Source: Minutocellus sp. GHC0000111 (lineage: Eukaryota). Taken from it: a DNA stretch of 64,000 bases. This document shows positions 11,972 to 23,519 of this stretch, in pieces. Below the pieces are notes generated by a model, which saw only the letters and a list, made by a program, of their open reading frames with translations, was not told the origin of the DNA and ran no database searches. The stretch's first letter is position 1. Each line of letters begins with the position of its first letter. The DNA is taken from assembly GCA_977018835.1 (NCBI GenBank), contig OZ361261.1, positions 496,001-560,000 of the forward strand, read 5' to 3'. Made by a program: the position numbers and the translations under genes.

Positions 11972-12312
11972 AAGTCACGTTCTCAAAGCAGGGCAAATTC
12001 CTACATTTGCGTGGTGGACGTTTACATGTACTTCGCACTCAGGCATTCATTATTGGTCTTTTTCTTATTGGCGCTGAGCAACTCATTTACTTACTTGTAC
12101 ATGATAACTGCATGCTAGATCTACATATTACAAAACAGCAAAAAATGCCGCTAATCTACATACAATACCCACGCGCTCCTGGGCTGTGCATCATTTGAGA
12201 GGCATCCTATAACGTTACTACATCTAATAAGATAATAATGGACCAAAGAAGCACAATACAGTATTATATTGAAGAAGTCAACCCATATATATGTGGACAC
12301 ACACTCGCGATC

Positions 12313-13347
12313 CTATTTTTTTTTACCAACACTTTTTCCACTTTCGGTTTCCTCAAATGGGGGTAGGTCAGAGTAGTCGTTTGCGCTTGTTCCTGGGGTG
12401 GAGCTCATAGCACTGCCGCCGCTTGTAGCCTGCCCTGACATGAAAGATGACACTTGTGGCATTAGTTGACTCGCCACGGTTGACGCAGCTCCGAGAGCTG
12501 CCGGCTGGGCCAGACTCACCAGAGCACCGCCAAGAGAAGTAGCAACCGACGTCGCCGCGACGGCCATTTCAGGACTGAGAATGCCGGGCCCGCCCGATCC
12601 CATGCTCGAGGCGGCGCCAGCCATTGTTTCCAACTCTCTCACTCTCTGTTCGAGGAAGATGGCAGTCTGCTCAAAGGCTGGGCTCTCGTCGGCAAGCATG
12701 TGCAACTCGGTAGTTGCATAGACACCTCCAATTGCGGCCTTCTCAATAACTCCCACGGAAGGCAGTCCGACGGCCGCAATGATGGTATCGACGAGGGTTG
12801 AAAGCTGCCCCGCCGTGGTGAGGGTGTTGTTCGGAGGCATGGCACCCAAAGCCATCCCATCCTGCCACCGACCGCTCCGTATGTAGGGACCGACCATTTC
12901 CAATCGGAACCAAATTGTTTGGTGTATCCGCTCCGGGATGGGCGTCCTCTGCTCCTGCCACGAGGGGATGAAGCGCTCCTTCAGTTCTTGTTCCAGCCTG
13001 GCGTTGCACTGATCCATGAAGAATGCCACGAGTTCCGACGGTCCTCCAGTGACAAGTCCTATGGTCGAGGGTGGGAGGTTGAGAGCAACAACGCCGGCTG
13101 CAATGGCATCGTCAGTCCATCCAAATTCGTGAACCTTCTCCAGCGAGGCGGACAGAATTTTCGTCCGCTGACTATCGAATGAACTGCCACCATCTGCACT
13201 GCTACTGTTAGTACGGGTAGCGCCAAATGACCGTGCACTGATCCTGAGCGGGGTTGACGCCTTTCGCGCAGCAGATCTAATGCATAGTCCATAACGGTAA
13301 AAGAAAAGGGGGTTGGTGAGCAAAGCATGGTGCGGCATAGACGCCAT
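12313..13347 (-). CDS. COQ9: Ubiquinone biosynthesis protein COQ9, mitochondrial
   Basis: ILSASLEKVHEFGWTDDAI, IWFRLEMVGPY, GGVYATTELHMLADESPAFEQTAIFLEQRV; Arg/Ser-rich presequence. Confidence 0.88.
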   Translation of the reverse strand: MASMPHHALLTNPLFFYRYGLCIRSAARKASTPLRISARSFGATRTNSSSADGGSSFDSQRTKILSASLEKVHEFGWTDDAIAAGVVALNLPPSTIGLVTGGPSELVAFFMDQCNARLEQELKERFIPSWQEQRTPIPERIHQTIWFRLEMVGPYIRSGRWQDGMALGAMPPNNTLTTAGQLSTLVDTIIAAVGLPSVGVIEKAAIGGVYATTELHMLADESPAFEQTAIFLEQRVRELETMAGAASSMGSGGPGILSPEMAVAATSVATSLGGALVSLAQPAALGAASTVASQLMPQVSSFMSGQATSGGSAMSSTPGTSANDYSDLPPFEETESGKSVGKKK

Positions 13348-14036
13348 GCCAAGTAATGGCGAGCATCAAATGCAAGACATGTCATTATTATGGCATGTTA
13401 GCGCGAAAAAAGACGGCTACCCTGGGGACAATATTGGAGGTAGACATCGATCGTCGGTTCGCGGAAATATAATTGATCTATCCCGTACTTGTTCCGTGGC
13501 TTCCATTGTTGAATTGTGAAAGAGACGGCTGTGTGACGGGTGTGGTCGCGCGCACTCGAGTTCGTTACGATGCGAGGCGTATTTGTTGCGGCCGCGAATA
13601 AACCGCAAGGCACAACCACAAGCATCGGACCACGCATATCGACGAAAAAGCTTACCTTTTCGATACTACTGCCGCCGCCGCTGTTGCGCGGCTGGAAGCC
13701 AGCGTGAGGGGTCGTATGGTTCTACATTGCAGGAGAGAGTAGCGGAGAGGTGGGCGATAAGAAGGTGAGTCTGTTGGTCCGCTGGTGACACTTGTGGGAT
13801 GATTCGATTCGATTCGGCAAGTAAATGAAGACAAGAAAAGAACCAGCCACCGATAGGGGGCTAATTCACAATGAAGCACCGAAACATTAGAACTACATGT
13901 GGACTTACCGCTGCATGGTGGCCAATGGACTCCTCGCTCGGTCGGGTGGTGGTTGTGGTCTTGTGGTCAGTGGTCCTGCGTCCTGCGATGACATGGTCCC
14001 GGCGAGCCGGCCGTGATTGCATGATGTGATCCCGCG

Positions 14037-15002
14037 ATGAGTCAGTGCAAGCAAATTTATTCAAAATTCAAGGAGGCAATGCTATTGGAGGAAAGCAAGA
14101 TGAACGGGTCGTCTGTATCGCAAATTGCCCCCCTCCTCTTGCTACTGCTGCTTTGCTGCGGTTCCTGCCCAGCATTGGCCTTTAGTCCTGGAACCATCCT
14201 CTCCCGGCTGACCGGAGGTGCCATCGACGCCGCCAATTCGAATGCCAAAAAGAACAAGAGGGAATGGCCAGAGAATGGTCGAGATGCCGAGTATCCGTGG
14301 TGCTTCACGGGCCGGCTTTGGTTTCGACCGGCGTTGGTTAGGGTAACATCCTCCGAGGATGCTTCAGATCCCAAACCTCCGCCATCCGTATCGATTGTCA
14401 ATCTCTTCGGTTGGACGATTGGAGGGACTGTGAGCCTCGAATACGACACGTCACCGGTGGGACCGTATCGAGAATACGTAACCATGGGTGCCGTGGTGAG
14501 CAAGCGGGGTGCACTGGGTCAGTGGGGAAGTCGACTCTACGTGTCAACGCAGACAGCTGAAGATGTATGCGTGGATGTATGGGGAGTACCAGCTCAGGTG
14601 GCAGACATTGACTTTGTAGAGGGAGATGCATCGTCTCTGCGAGTGGAAACTGCACCCAGCAAGCTAATTACGGGTGTGAAGCAAAGGATAGAAGTTGCGG
14701 GTTGGTCCAAGACGCGGGTGTTGACAGAGGAAGAACTGAGCGAAGCAAAGCCACAGGGTGGACTGCCAGTGCTATGGACGCCCACAATCAAGGCTCTTTG
14801 GGCACCACTGGTACCACTGCCGGGATCTGAGGACGATGGGGAGAATGCTCTGCCGCTCCACAAGTTGAGATTATCTGCGAATGCATTGCGACTTCGGTTT
14901 TGCCCACAGAGCCCATCGGATTCCTTGGGAATTCCCATACCAATTGGTTTGGTTGTTGATAATGTCTTGATTGAAATAGGGAGACAGGAAGGGGAGTTGT
15001 AA
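14037..15002 (+). CDS. Acetoacetate decarboxylase-like / NXD1-like plastid-targeted protein
   Basis: YPWCFTG, GGTVSLEYDTSPVGPYREY, RLYVS...VWGVPAQVADIDF; signal peptide plus ALAF leader. Start may be 14100. Confidence 0.7.
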   Translation: MSQCKQIYSKFKEAMLLEESKMNGSSVSQIAPLLLLLLLCCGSCPALAFSPGTILSRLTGGAIDAANSNAKKNKREWPENGRDAEYPWCFTGRLWFRPALVRVTSSEDASDPKPPPSVSIVNLFGWTIGGTVSLEYDTSPVGPYREYVTMGAVVSKRGALGQWGSRLYVSTQTAEDVCVDVWGVPAQVADIDFVEGDASSLRVETAPSKLITGVKQRIEVAGWSKTRVLTEEELSEAKPQGGLPVLWTPTIKALWAPLVPLPGSEDDGENALPLHKLRLSANALRLRFCPQSPSDSLGIPIPIGLVVDNVLIEIGRQEGEL

Positions 15003-15217
15003 CTTACTTGACATTTAGCATACGGCAGAAAGGTATGAAAGAAGCTAACTCTATTTACTAAAAATAGGTCTACCAATTGTCATATGTACAAAAGCATGCC
15101 ACTACGCAATATTCACGCGGATGTAGTGCCACAAAGCTTAACCAACTGTGGATATATAATATGTCGAGTCGATGTTCGAGTCCACTCGAGTCAAAAAGAA
15201 ATGTTTCGGGGATTCTC

Positions 15218-16688
15218 TCATTCGGCACGTAATGCCTTCTTCAATTGTTCGCGTTTTTCCGGTCCAAAGCCGATAAAGTCCAAATATCCTTCCACGTCGC
15301 CGTAACTTTCTCTTATCGTCACGAGAGTATCCCTCATAACTTGCGGCGGTGCTCCCAGGAATGTCTTGGGATCGAGATTCCTTTGAGAGAGAGCTCCAAC
15401 CATCGCCTTGTGATCGTTCATCTCGGCATAGACGTTTGCCGAGAGGCTGTAGTCCTCTACGATGGCCTCATCAGGCACGCCCAGCAGAGATAAGATAATG
15501 GCGGCAATCATCCCCGTTCGATCCTTTCCGGCCGTGCAGTAGAAGGCGATGGGATGCCGAGATTCATCCGCGCACAATTCCAACACATACTTGATGCCGG
15601 GAGCTCCAAATCGGAGAAGGAATTCGTTCAAGAGGGGCAGTCCACCGTCATTGATTTCCTCCAGAAATACGTCCTTGACGCGATCGCGCCCTCTTGGAAA
15701 CGATGGCGGTCGGGCTGCGGAGGAGGACGTTGGCAATGTCCCGCTTCCGCAGTTTGCTCAGCGTGCCACGGACGTATTTGAATTCGTTCATGAGGGATAC
15801 GAAGTGCCTCTCCTTGCGATTGAGGCAGTCGTCGTCGATGCCGCACAGATCGCACCGATCATCGAAGGCCTCGGCATCGTCGGGAATGTTGTCCTCGTAT
15901 CCCTCCTCCTCGAGCTCCTGCTGCTCCTCCATGTTGGAGACCTGAACGATAATTTCGGCAGTCGAATTCTCCACCCCTCGGAAGGGATGCGTCGCGGCGG
16001 CGATGCCACTCTTCAAGCCACTCACGGCCTCCTTCATCCGCGCTCCGCGATCCTTCTTCTTGTCGCCCTTCTTCTTGATGCGGGGCTCCCCGGGCGGCAG
16101 CTCCCGTACGAGCCCATCCTTCCCCCCACCCCGCTCGGTCCAAACGATGGAGCAAAAGTCGCCAAAGACCTCCTCCCTCTCCAACGTCGGGTCGTCCTTG
16201 AGCTCCGTCGGACTGCGCAGATCGACCAGCGTGTTGATCCCGATCTCGTCCATGAGAATGGCCAGATCGGCCTCGGTGGCGTCGGAAACCCGTCCCATCC
16301 GGTAGATGGTGTTGGGCTTGACGGGACTTCCGGCCACGCTGGCCAGATCGCGGGCGTTCTTCACCTTCTCGAAGGGGAGGTTGCGCTCCTCGCAGAGGGT
16401 TTTCGTCCGGGAGAAGAAGTCCTGCTCCTCCTGTGTGAATTCGACGTCCTCGATTTGCGATACATCAATGTCGTCATGAGCTGCCGCCGATGCGGACACG
16501 AGCGGTCTGGTACTGGTACTACTGGGAACATGTGTGAGAGGACGGCAGCTACTGCTGGTACCAGTACTACTCCTTGCTGAGCAGAGATTGCCAGCACCGG
16601 GATTGAATGCCGATACGAAAGTGCCGCTGCCGACCGCAGCCGCCGATGCGGCGGCCACGTATATTGTTGTTGAGATTCGCTTCATCAT
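15218..16688 (-). CDS. Protein-tyrosine phosphatase family (Y_phosphatase3-type), plastid-targeted; frameshift near 15687
   Basis: KNARDL, IYRMGRV, LVDLRSPTE, P-loop FYCTAGKDRTG, IVEDYSLS; SAF leader. The two ORFs join if a CG is restored in GCGCG[CG]AT, giving KRARDRVKD. Confidence 0.85.
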
Positions 16689-17133
16689 GAGAATCTTGCC
16701 CCTACTGGCCTGACGTGATGACGACGTCGTTGCGATATTTAGGGGTGAGATACCGCGGACTGAAAATGGAGCACAAGAGATGCGGTAAACCTGAAACCTC
16801 GAGACCTTGACGACAAATTTATTTGACACTGAACTTGTTGGAGATCTTCCCTTTTGAAGCAAGAGGAAGAGCAAGAGAGGCCACGGATACAGCACGTTAT
16901 GCATGGAACGGCAATCGACCGCACCAGGCCCAAATTTGGCACCACGTCGATCGCCGCGCGTCGCCGCTGGCGTGAAAGCTGTTGAAAATGACTCACTTGA
17001 CTCAACCATGAGCATGTACCGGTACGACATCACCCCAGGCAGCAGCAGCAGCATGGATGCGAGGATACGAAGATCTGAGGCTACGCGCTGCCCAGTCGGT
17101 TTGCACTGAGCCATATTAAGTACGCTTCAGACC

Positions 17134-17837
17134 ATGATCTCGATCAAATACTGGCCGATTCTTGCTAGATCATCAGGCTTGTTCCGAATGTGCGCCGAAT
17201 CCGGTGAGGTGGAATGGGAACACGTGACTACGTGACCGACGCATCAAAGTTCGGTGCCGCCCTGCTGGATTCCAACACGGATCCAGACGCCAAGAATCTT
17301 GCACCTCCCATCCTTTCCGATTCCGATACTGGCCTGATGCTGTCGCAGGCGGCGGCGTGTCATCAATATCTCGGAAATAAGCTCGGTTTCAACAAGGGCA
17401 TCAAGCATCCGGAGGTTGCGATCCAGTACATGAACGACTTATCGGATCTGCACTCGGACATGGCCGAGGCCGCCATCAAGGGCAAGGCAGCGAATGATGT
17501 CAAGGCTTTGAAGCAGTATCTGACAGGAGAGCGCTACAAGCGGCATTTGGGAGCCATTGACAGGTGCATAGTGGGACCGTACTACTTTGGAAATGAACCG
17601 ACCTACGTGGACTTTGCTGTTTGCAGCTATCTGGACATGTGTGAGGGCAAATGGCTGATGCCTGTGGAGGGCAAGAGTGGGGATACTATTGCCAGATACG
17701 CTCCAAAGCTGAGAGCCATCGCTCAAAAGATCCGTGCCCTACCATCTGCGTCAGATCCCAGGATTGCCAACACGAATCTCGTGCCACCTCCCTTTGTCAT
17801 CCCTCCTGAACGTGTCAAGACTTGGGATGATGATTAG
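17134..17837 (+). pseudogene. Glutathione S-transferase-like gene frameshifted by an 8-bp duplication at 17229-17236
   Basis: N-terminus MISIKYWPILARSSGLFRMCAE from ATG 17134; NLAPPIL...LSQAAACHQYLG; YYFGNEPTYVDF. Removing TACGTGAC restores EHVTDASKF. Confidence 0.8.
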
Positions 17838-18294
17838 AGTCTACATGTAGAGATCTCATTTATGGATGGATTCGATTCGTTTTTAAAGTTTTATGTAGGA
17901 ATACCAGTAGTACTGCCATACTTACATGTATAAAAGAAGATCTACCGTACACATCATACATGTACATGGAAGGCCGCTTTGAAGTCTGGCTCTGAAGTCT
18001 GGCTCTGCGTCGCCTCGACTCGATTCGACTCGACTCATTCGACTCCCAAGTGTAGCTCCATCCCTTCCTCCATGACGATCCTTGGCATTCCGGCGCCGCT
18101 ATTGGTCTCGCCGTACCCCCTGTACCGCCTCGCCATCGCTGTGTCTGCGCCCAGCAACCTCATCCCATTAACCCTCTGTTGTAGTTGGACGTATTGGTCA
18201 CAAAACGTTACGCGTATCTTACTCGAATCAGACTAATTTTGCACATCCCAGACCCACCAAAATTTTGTGCCAATAATACTAACTAATCACAACC

Positions 18295-19554
18295 ATGAGC
18301 ACGTTCACCGATCCGACGGCGGCGGCCCAGGAGCACTGCGAGGTGATGGCCAACCACGCCCCGGACCTGGCCGAGCAATACCAGTCCATAGCCATCCTCC
18401 TCCAAATGAAGCTGTACCATCAGCTCACCGTGGCGGTATTGGAGTTCGTCTCGTCGCCCGACAGGACCCTCCGGTCCACTCCCGACGGCACCTCGTCGTA
18501 CCTGGCCCTCTACGACAAGGTCGTCCTCAGCGTCGACAAGAGGCTCAATCAGCTCACGCTGGCCCGCATCGCCAGCGCGGTGGCCGACGCCACGGCCCCA
18601 ACCGACGGGGATTCGGCTCGGACGGTCTTGGAGAACCTGCTGGCCGACAAGCGGGAGCGGTTGGGACCGTCGGCGGCGCTCTACGTCGAGTCCAAGCTGG
18701 CGCTGCTGGGCCTCACCCTCCTCCAGCGCAGTGCGCCCAACGTCGACGGACCGAAGCATCTGGCCTTCACCAAGGAGCTGTTGCGGAAGAACGAGAAGAT
18801 TCTGACGGAGCAGGCCGTAGGGGGAGCCGGGGGGACGGGCGATGCCGCCGCATCCGACGGCGCCGTCGTCCACTCGGCCCACTACGAGTGCGCCATGGTG
18901 TACCGCAAGGCGGTGGGCCCGCCGGAGGCCTACTACCGCGAGGCCATCCAATATCTGCACTACACCCCCCTCGATGCCCTCCCGGCCGAGGAGCAGCTGG
19001 CCTTGGCCACCGATCTGAGCATGGCCGCCCTCACCGGGGACGGTGTCTACAACTTTGGTGAGGTGGTGCAGCATCCCATCCTCCAGTGTTTGGTCGGCAC
19101 TCCCAACGCCTGGCTCGTCGAGCTCATGGAGGCCAGCGCCGCCGGGGACGTCGCCGCCTTCAAGGCCGTGTCGACCAAGCACGCCGCCGAGGTTGCCGCC
19201 CAACCGGCCCTCACGGGACGGGCCCAGATGGTCCAGGAGAAGATCACCCTCCTGGCCATGGTCCACATGATCTTTGAGCGGCCGTCGTCCGAGCGGACCC
19301 TGCGCTTCGCCGACATTGCCCAGCGGATCGAGATGGCCGAGGATCAGGTCGAGCTGGTCATCATGCGCGCCCTCAGCCTTGGATTGATCCGCGGATCGAT
19401 GGACCAGGTCGACGGCACCGTCGAGGTTACCTGGGTGATGCCCCGCGTCCTCGACGCGGCCCAGCTGTCCGACCTCGCCGGACGGTTCGGTGAGTGGGCC
19501 GTCAAGGTCAGCCAGACCAAGGATTACATGTCCGAGCAGGCCTTTGCGGCATAG
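18295..19554 (+). CDS. RPN9: 26S proteasome regulatory subunit RPN9 / PSMD13
   Basis: KLYHQLT, GDGVYNFGEVVQHPIL, QEKITLLAM; PCI domain VELVIMRALSLGLIRGSMDQVDGTVEVTWVMPRVL. Confidence 0.95.
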   Translation: MSTFTDPTAAAQEHCEVMANHAPDLAEQYQSIAILLQMKLYHQLTVAVLEFVSSPDRTLRSTPDGTSSYLALYDKVVLSVDKRLNQLTLARIASAVADATAPTDGDSARTVLENLLADKRERLGPSAALYVESKLALLGLTLLQRSAPNVDGPKHLAFTKELLRKNEKILTEQAVGGAGGTGDAAASDGAVVHSAHYECAMVYRKAVGPPEAYYREAIQYLHYTPLDALPAEEQLALATDLSMAALTGDGVYNFGEVVQHPILQCLVGTPNAWLVELMEASAAGDVAAFKAVSTKHAAEVAAQPALTGRAQMVQEKITLLAMVHMIFERPSSERTLRFADIAQRIEMAEDQVELVIMRALSLGLIRGSMDQVDGTVEVTWVMPRVLDAAQLSDLAGRFGEWAVKVSQTKDYMSEQAFAA

Positions 19555-19753
19555 AAGATAGAGGGTTTTGAGATGATGAAAGGCATTGTTCTTTATCAGT
19601 TTAAAGAAGGCCCTCCTTGTGGGGGGGCTTCAAATTGATGGTATCTGCGTCTCTCTTGGATGATAGGCAAAATAACGATAATAAGGAATTATCTGAATGC
19701 GAGGGCACGGGCCCATTCTTCAACAGCTTCTAAGCTCTTCCTAAATATATGCC

Positions 19754-21527
19754 CTAGGATAACAGACGAATCAAGTGGCGGGCCGATTCGTTGCGCTGGA
19801 TGCGATCGTACTCCTCGTTGTTGATCTGCCGATTGGCGCTCGTCTTGGGGGTTGTTGGACGATGGTGAGCAGCAACATCAAACAATGATCTCCTTGCACC
19901 ATTCCTACTGCCATTGGCGCTGCCATCGTTGCTTGTCTCGAGCCTTGAGCCTCGAGCTTGCGGTGGTGACATGTGGTGATGGTAAGTGAAGTGTCCTCTT
20001 GGGTCATGGTAGGAGGAATACCGTGGCGCTAGACCATATGGGTGGCGATTCGCTGCAGAAGCTGCCGGTGCCCTACCTTTGGATCTATTTGAAGATGGAG
20101 ATGTGGCATCCTTCAATGATACCGGACTCTCTCCGGTAGCACCATCCCTCGCTACAGTCACCTCGGCGACGGGGGGCTTTGGGGAATGTGGTTTTGATCG
20201 AGGCTTCGTCGGCATCGGTGCTGGCAGAGCAGCCTTGGCCTTCCCGTCGTTGGTCTTGACGCGCTTTGATAGACGATCAATGATGACCTCATCGGCGACA
20301 TCTCGAAATTGCAACAATTGTTCGTCCGTCTGACAAGCAGAGCTGAACGTCAGGGCGATCTTGTCCTGCGGTGGGTCTCGTTTGGGAGAATCATCCTCAG
20401 CGGCTCCTTCTGCCGAGGTTGCTCCTGCCTGAATCCGTTCAAGCGCCTCGGTCTTGGCCTTGTGAATCTCGTACGGGAGAGTAGACCAGCGAGACCACTC
20501 CTCATCTTGCTGTTGGTTGTGAAGGGAGAAATGATTCATTCATAGGTAAGTGACTGCATTAGATCCATGGATACCTAAGTATTTGCATTGGGATTCGTCT
20601 TACCTCCTTCCGAGTCATTCTTCTCCACACAGCCATCTGGGACTTGCTACCCCTCCAGTGGATAGGTGGGACACGACCACCAAAGCCTTTCTTCACTGGG
20701 AAGTGCTTATTGATGGAGAGGCGGCAGAACCAATTCAGTGAAAGGGGAGATGAGGGTGACGTCGTTACCTGCTGCTCTGCGGGTGAGGATTTGGTGGCAT
20801 TGGGCGATGGTATGGTTGCTGCCCACGATGTAGCGGACGGAGGGGACTCCTCCTCCGGTACCACCGCCGCCGCCGCTGGGGAAAGCGCTGGCTTCTGCTG
20901 ATAGGGATGAGGGATTCCGACAGCGTAGCCGGACATTGCGTAGTACGAGGGGACTGTTAGTGTTTCTCCGTTTGAACCGATGGCATATACGTCCCCGTCA
21001 CCAGGAAATGGTCCACTTGTCAACCTTGTTCGGATGGGTGGAAAATATCTCCCACGACGTCTCTTGTTCGATGGGCGTGGACGCAGGGGATTTGTTGTCA
21101 TCGTGGAAGTAGTTGTGGACTCCGAGAAAGTGTCGCGATCGCTGCCGTGGAAGGTTAATTATGTCTATCGATGGAATTTTGTCGAGTGTGTGTGAGAGAG
21201 AGAGAGAATGGGAGAGGTGCGTCTGAATGCGAGCGAGGTTCACGTCTGGCAAAGGCCGACGAGCCAAATTCTTTCGACACTTACCGATGTTGAGGTCTCA
21301 TCGCTGTCGCCACTGCTGCTGTCGCCACTGCTGCTGTCCTCCTCATCTGAGATTTCCTCATCTGGGGTCAAACAGTCGTTGATACTTCCATCGATCCTAC
21401 GACTGCTAGCATCATCGCGGGTACCACGATGATCATTGGCAGCGGCATCTTCCAATTCCAACGACATTAACGCAAACATACGACCCTTCAAGTCAACACG
21501 GACCAGGCCGGTATAGAGCGAAGGCAT
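19754..21527 (-). CDS. Hypothetical protein; introns 21142-21284 and 20510-20603; probable frameshift near 21000
   Basis: Canonical GTAAG...CAG introns join ORFs 21240..21749 to 20998..21267 and 20559..21101 to 19754..20539 in frame (RRMTRKE|QDEEWSRW). One frame change is needed at KWTISW/DGDVYA. Confidence 0.55.
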
Positions 21528-21647
21528 TTTACTATCGGCACAGAGGGAGGAATTGTGACTTCGAGATTGCGAATGCTGAGATTCAGATTTGATTTTTGAA
21601 AATGGACCGCCATTATTCTGCCTGTATATCCTGCGATCGACGCAACA

Positions 21648-23390
21648 ATGACTAGCAACAGTGACGAAAGTATCAAGGTCGTCTTTAGGGTCCGGCCCCT
21701 CAACTCCGAGGAAGAGGCCGATCGCCGCAGGATCGTCACCACCGCCCACGACGACAGAGGGGCCATTGAGATTCGCAATCCTGCATCGTTCTCTGACCCG
21801 CCCAAGGTATTCACCTTCGATTCAGTTTTTTGCCCCTCATCCTCTCAGCGTCAGATCTACGATGTCTGCGCTTCCCCCATTGTGCAGTCCGTACTCGAGG
21901 GGTACAACGGCTGCATCTTTGCCTACGGCCAGACCGGTGCAGGAAAAAGCCATACAATGGTTGGACAAGACGAGCCCGCAGAACTCCGGGGCATCATCCC
22001 CAACGCCTTTGAGCACATCTACGAGCATGTTGATATGGAATCTACCAATGAAACGCATTATTTGATCCGCGCCTCCTACTACGAGATTTATAATGAGAAT
22101 ATCATCGACCTTCTCGCCGCCAACAATGCTAATGCCAAGCAGGGCCTCGAGCTCAAGGAATCGCCCGACACTGGCGTCTACATCAAGGGCCTGACGCCCA
22201 AGGTGGTCAAATCCGTCGAGGAGATCAATGCTGTCCTCCGCCAGGGGAACAAGAATCGTTCGATAGGTGCAACTCTGATGAATCAGGGATCTAGTCGCTC
22301 CCATGCCGTTTTCTGTGTAGTCATTGAGAGTCAATCGGTGGACGAGGCCGGCGTGGAGCACATTCGCGTCGGCAAGCTCAATCTGGTGGATCTTGCCGGA
22401 TCTGAACGGCAGTCCAAGACGGGCGCTACCGGAGAGCGATTGAAGGAGGCCACCAAGATCAACCTGAGCCTCTCCGCTCTTGGCAACGTCATCAGTTCCC
22501 TGGTCGATGGCAAGTCGCAGCACATTCCCTACCGTGATAGCAAGCTGACTCGAATCCTCCAAGATTCCCTCGGTGGCAATACGCGCACGGTCATGTGCGC
22601 CAATGCCGGTCCGGCGGACACCAACGTAGAAGAGACAATGTCAACATTGCGATATGCCAACCGAGCGAAGCAGATTAAGAACAAGCCGGTGATCAATCAA
22701 GATCCCAAGGACGCCATGCTGCGGGAGTACAAGGACGAGATCACCTCCCTTCGCAAACAGCTGGAGGAGATGAGGGTGAAAGGTGATGGTGGTGCCAGTG
22801 CAGATGCCAATCTGCCCAACTCAACTTTGGTTGACCAATCCCTTCTGGATCAGTCGAGGGAGGAACGAGATGAGCTGAGGGCTCGTCTCGAGGATGAGGC
22901 CAAGGCAAGAGCTGATATGGAAACGCAGCGTGAGGCACTGCAGAAAAGACTCGCCGAGATGGAGAATCAAGTGGTCGTTGGTGGCTCAGAGCTGGAAAGA
23001 TATGCTTCGCTAGAGGATGAGGTCGAGGCCAAGACGAAGAAGCTGCAACGACTTTATCGCAAGTATCTTGATGCAAAAAAGAGACTCTCCGAGCTGACCA
23101 ATGATTTTGCAGCGGAACGGGGTGGTCTGCTCGAGAACATGGAGCAGCTTGAGACGAAATTGAGCGAGAAAAAGCAACGTCTTGCTCGCATTAGTTCCAT
23201 TTTGAGCGAGGATGTCGTCCAACTCAGTCTCGATATGCCGGATGAGAGCGCAAAGGGCTACACTCCAGGAGCGAAGGCCCTCCTGGAACTTTCTTCGTGT
23301 TACAAGACGCTACATAAAAAGAAAAAGTGCAGCGGCGATGAGACGAGGGTGGGATCAACGGCAGCAGTGGCGAGACCGCTCGTGCTTTGA
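21648..23390 (+). CDS. Kinesin-2 family motor (KIF3/FLA10/FLA8-like)
   Basis: VVFRVRPL, P-loop [58 protein letters not shown]; kinesin-2 neck [18 protein letters not shown]; coiled coil. Confidence 0.92.
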   Translation: MTSNSDESIKVVFRVRPLNSEEEADRRRIVTTAHDDRGAIEIRNPASFSDPPKVFTFDSVFCPSSSQRQIYDVCASPIVQSVLEGYNGCIFAYGQTGAGKSHTMVGQDEPAELRGIIPNAFEHIYEHVDMESTNETHYLIRASYYEIYNENIIDLLAANNANAKQGLELKESPDTGVYIKGLTPKVVKSVEEINAVLRQGNKNRSIGATLMNQGSSRSHAVFCVVIESQSVDEAGVEHIRVGKLNLVDLAGSERQSKTGATGERLKEATKINLSLSALGNVISSLVDGKSQHIPYRDSKLTRILQDSLGGNTRTVMCANAGPADTNVEETMSTLRYANRAKQIKNKPVINQDPKDAMLREYKDEITSLRKQLEEMRVKGDGGASADANLPNSTLVDQSLLDQSREERDELRARLEDEAKARADMETQREALQKRLAEMENQVVVGGSELERYASLEDEVEAKTKKLQRLYRKYLDAKKRLSELTNDFAAERGGLLENMEQLETKLSEKKQRLARISSILSEDVVQLSLDMPDESAKGYTPGAKALLELSSCYKTLHKKKKCSGDETRVGSTAAVARPLVL

Positions 23391-23519
23391 TTTTTTTTAG
23401 GTAAAGCACACCAATGGCAAGCAACAGTCTAAATTATGTCCCGAATTAGTAAAGATCTTATAATCCTATTGGTACATTCCTATTTCATGCATGCATACTT
23501 TGTAGATTAATTCAATTTT

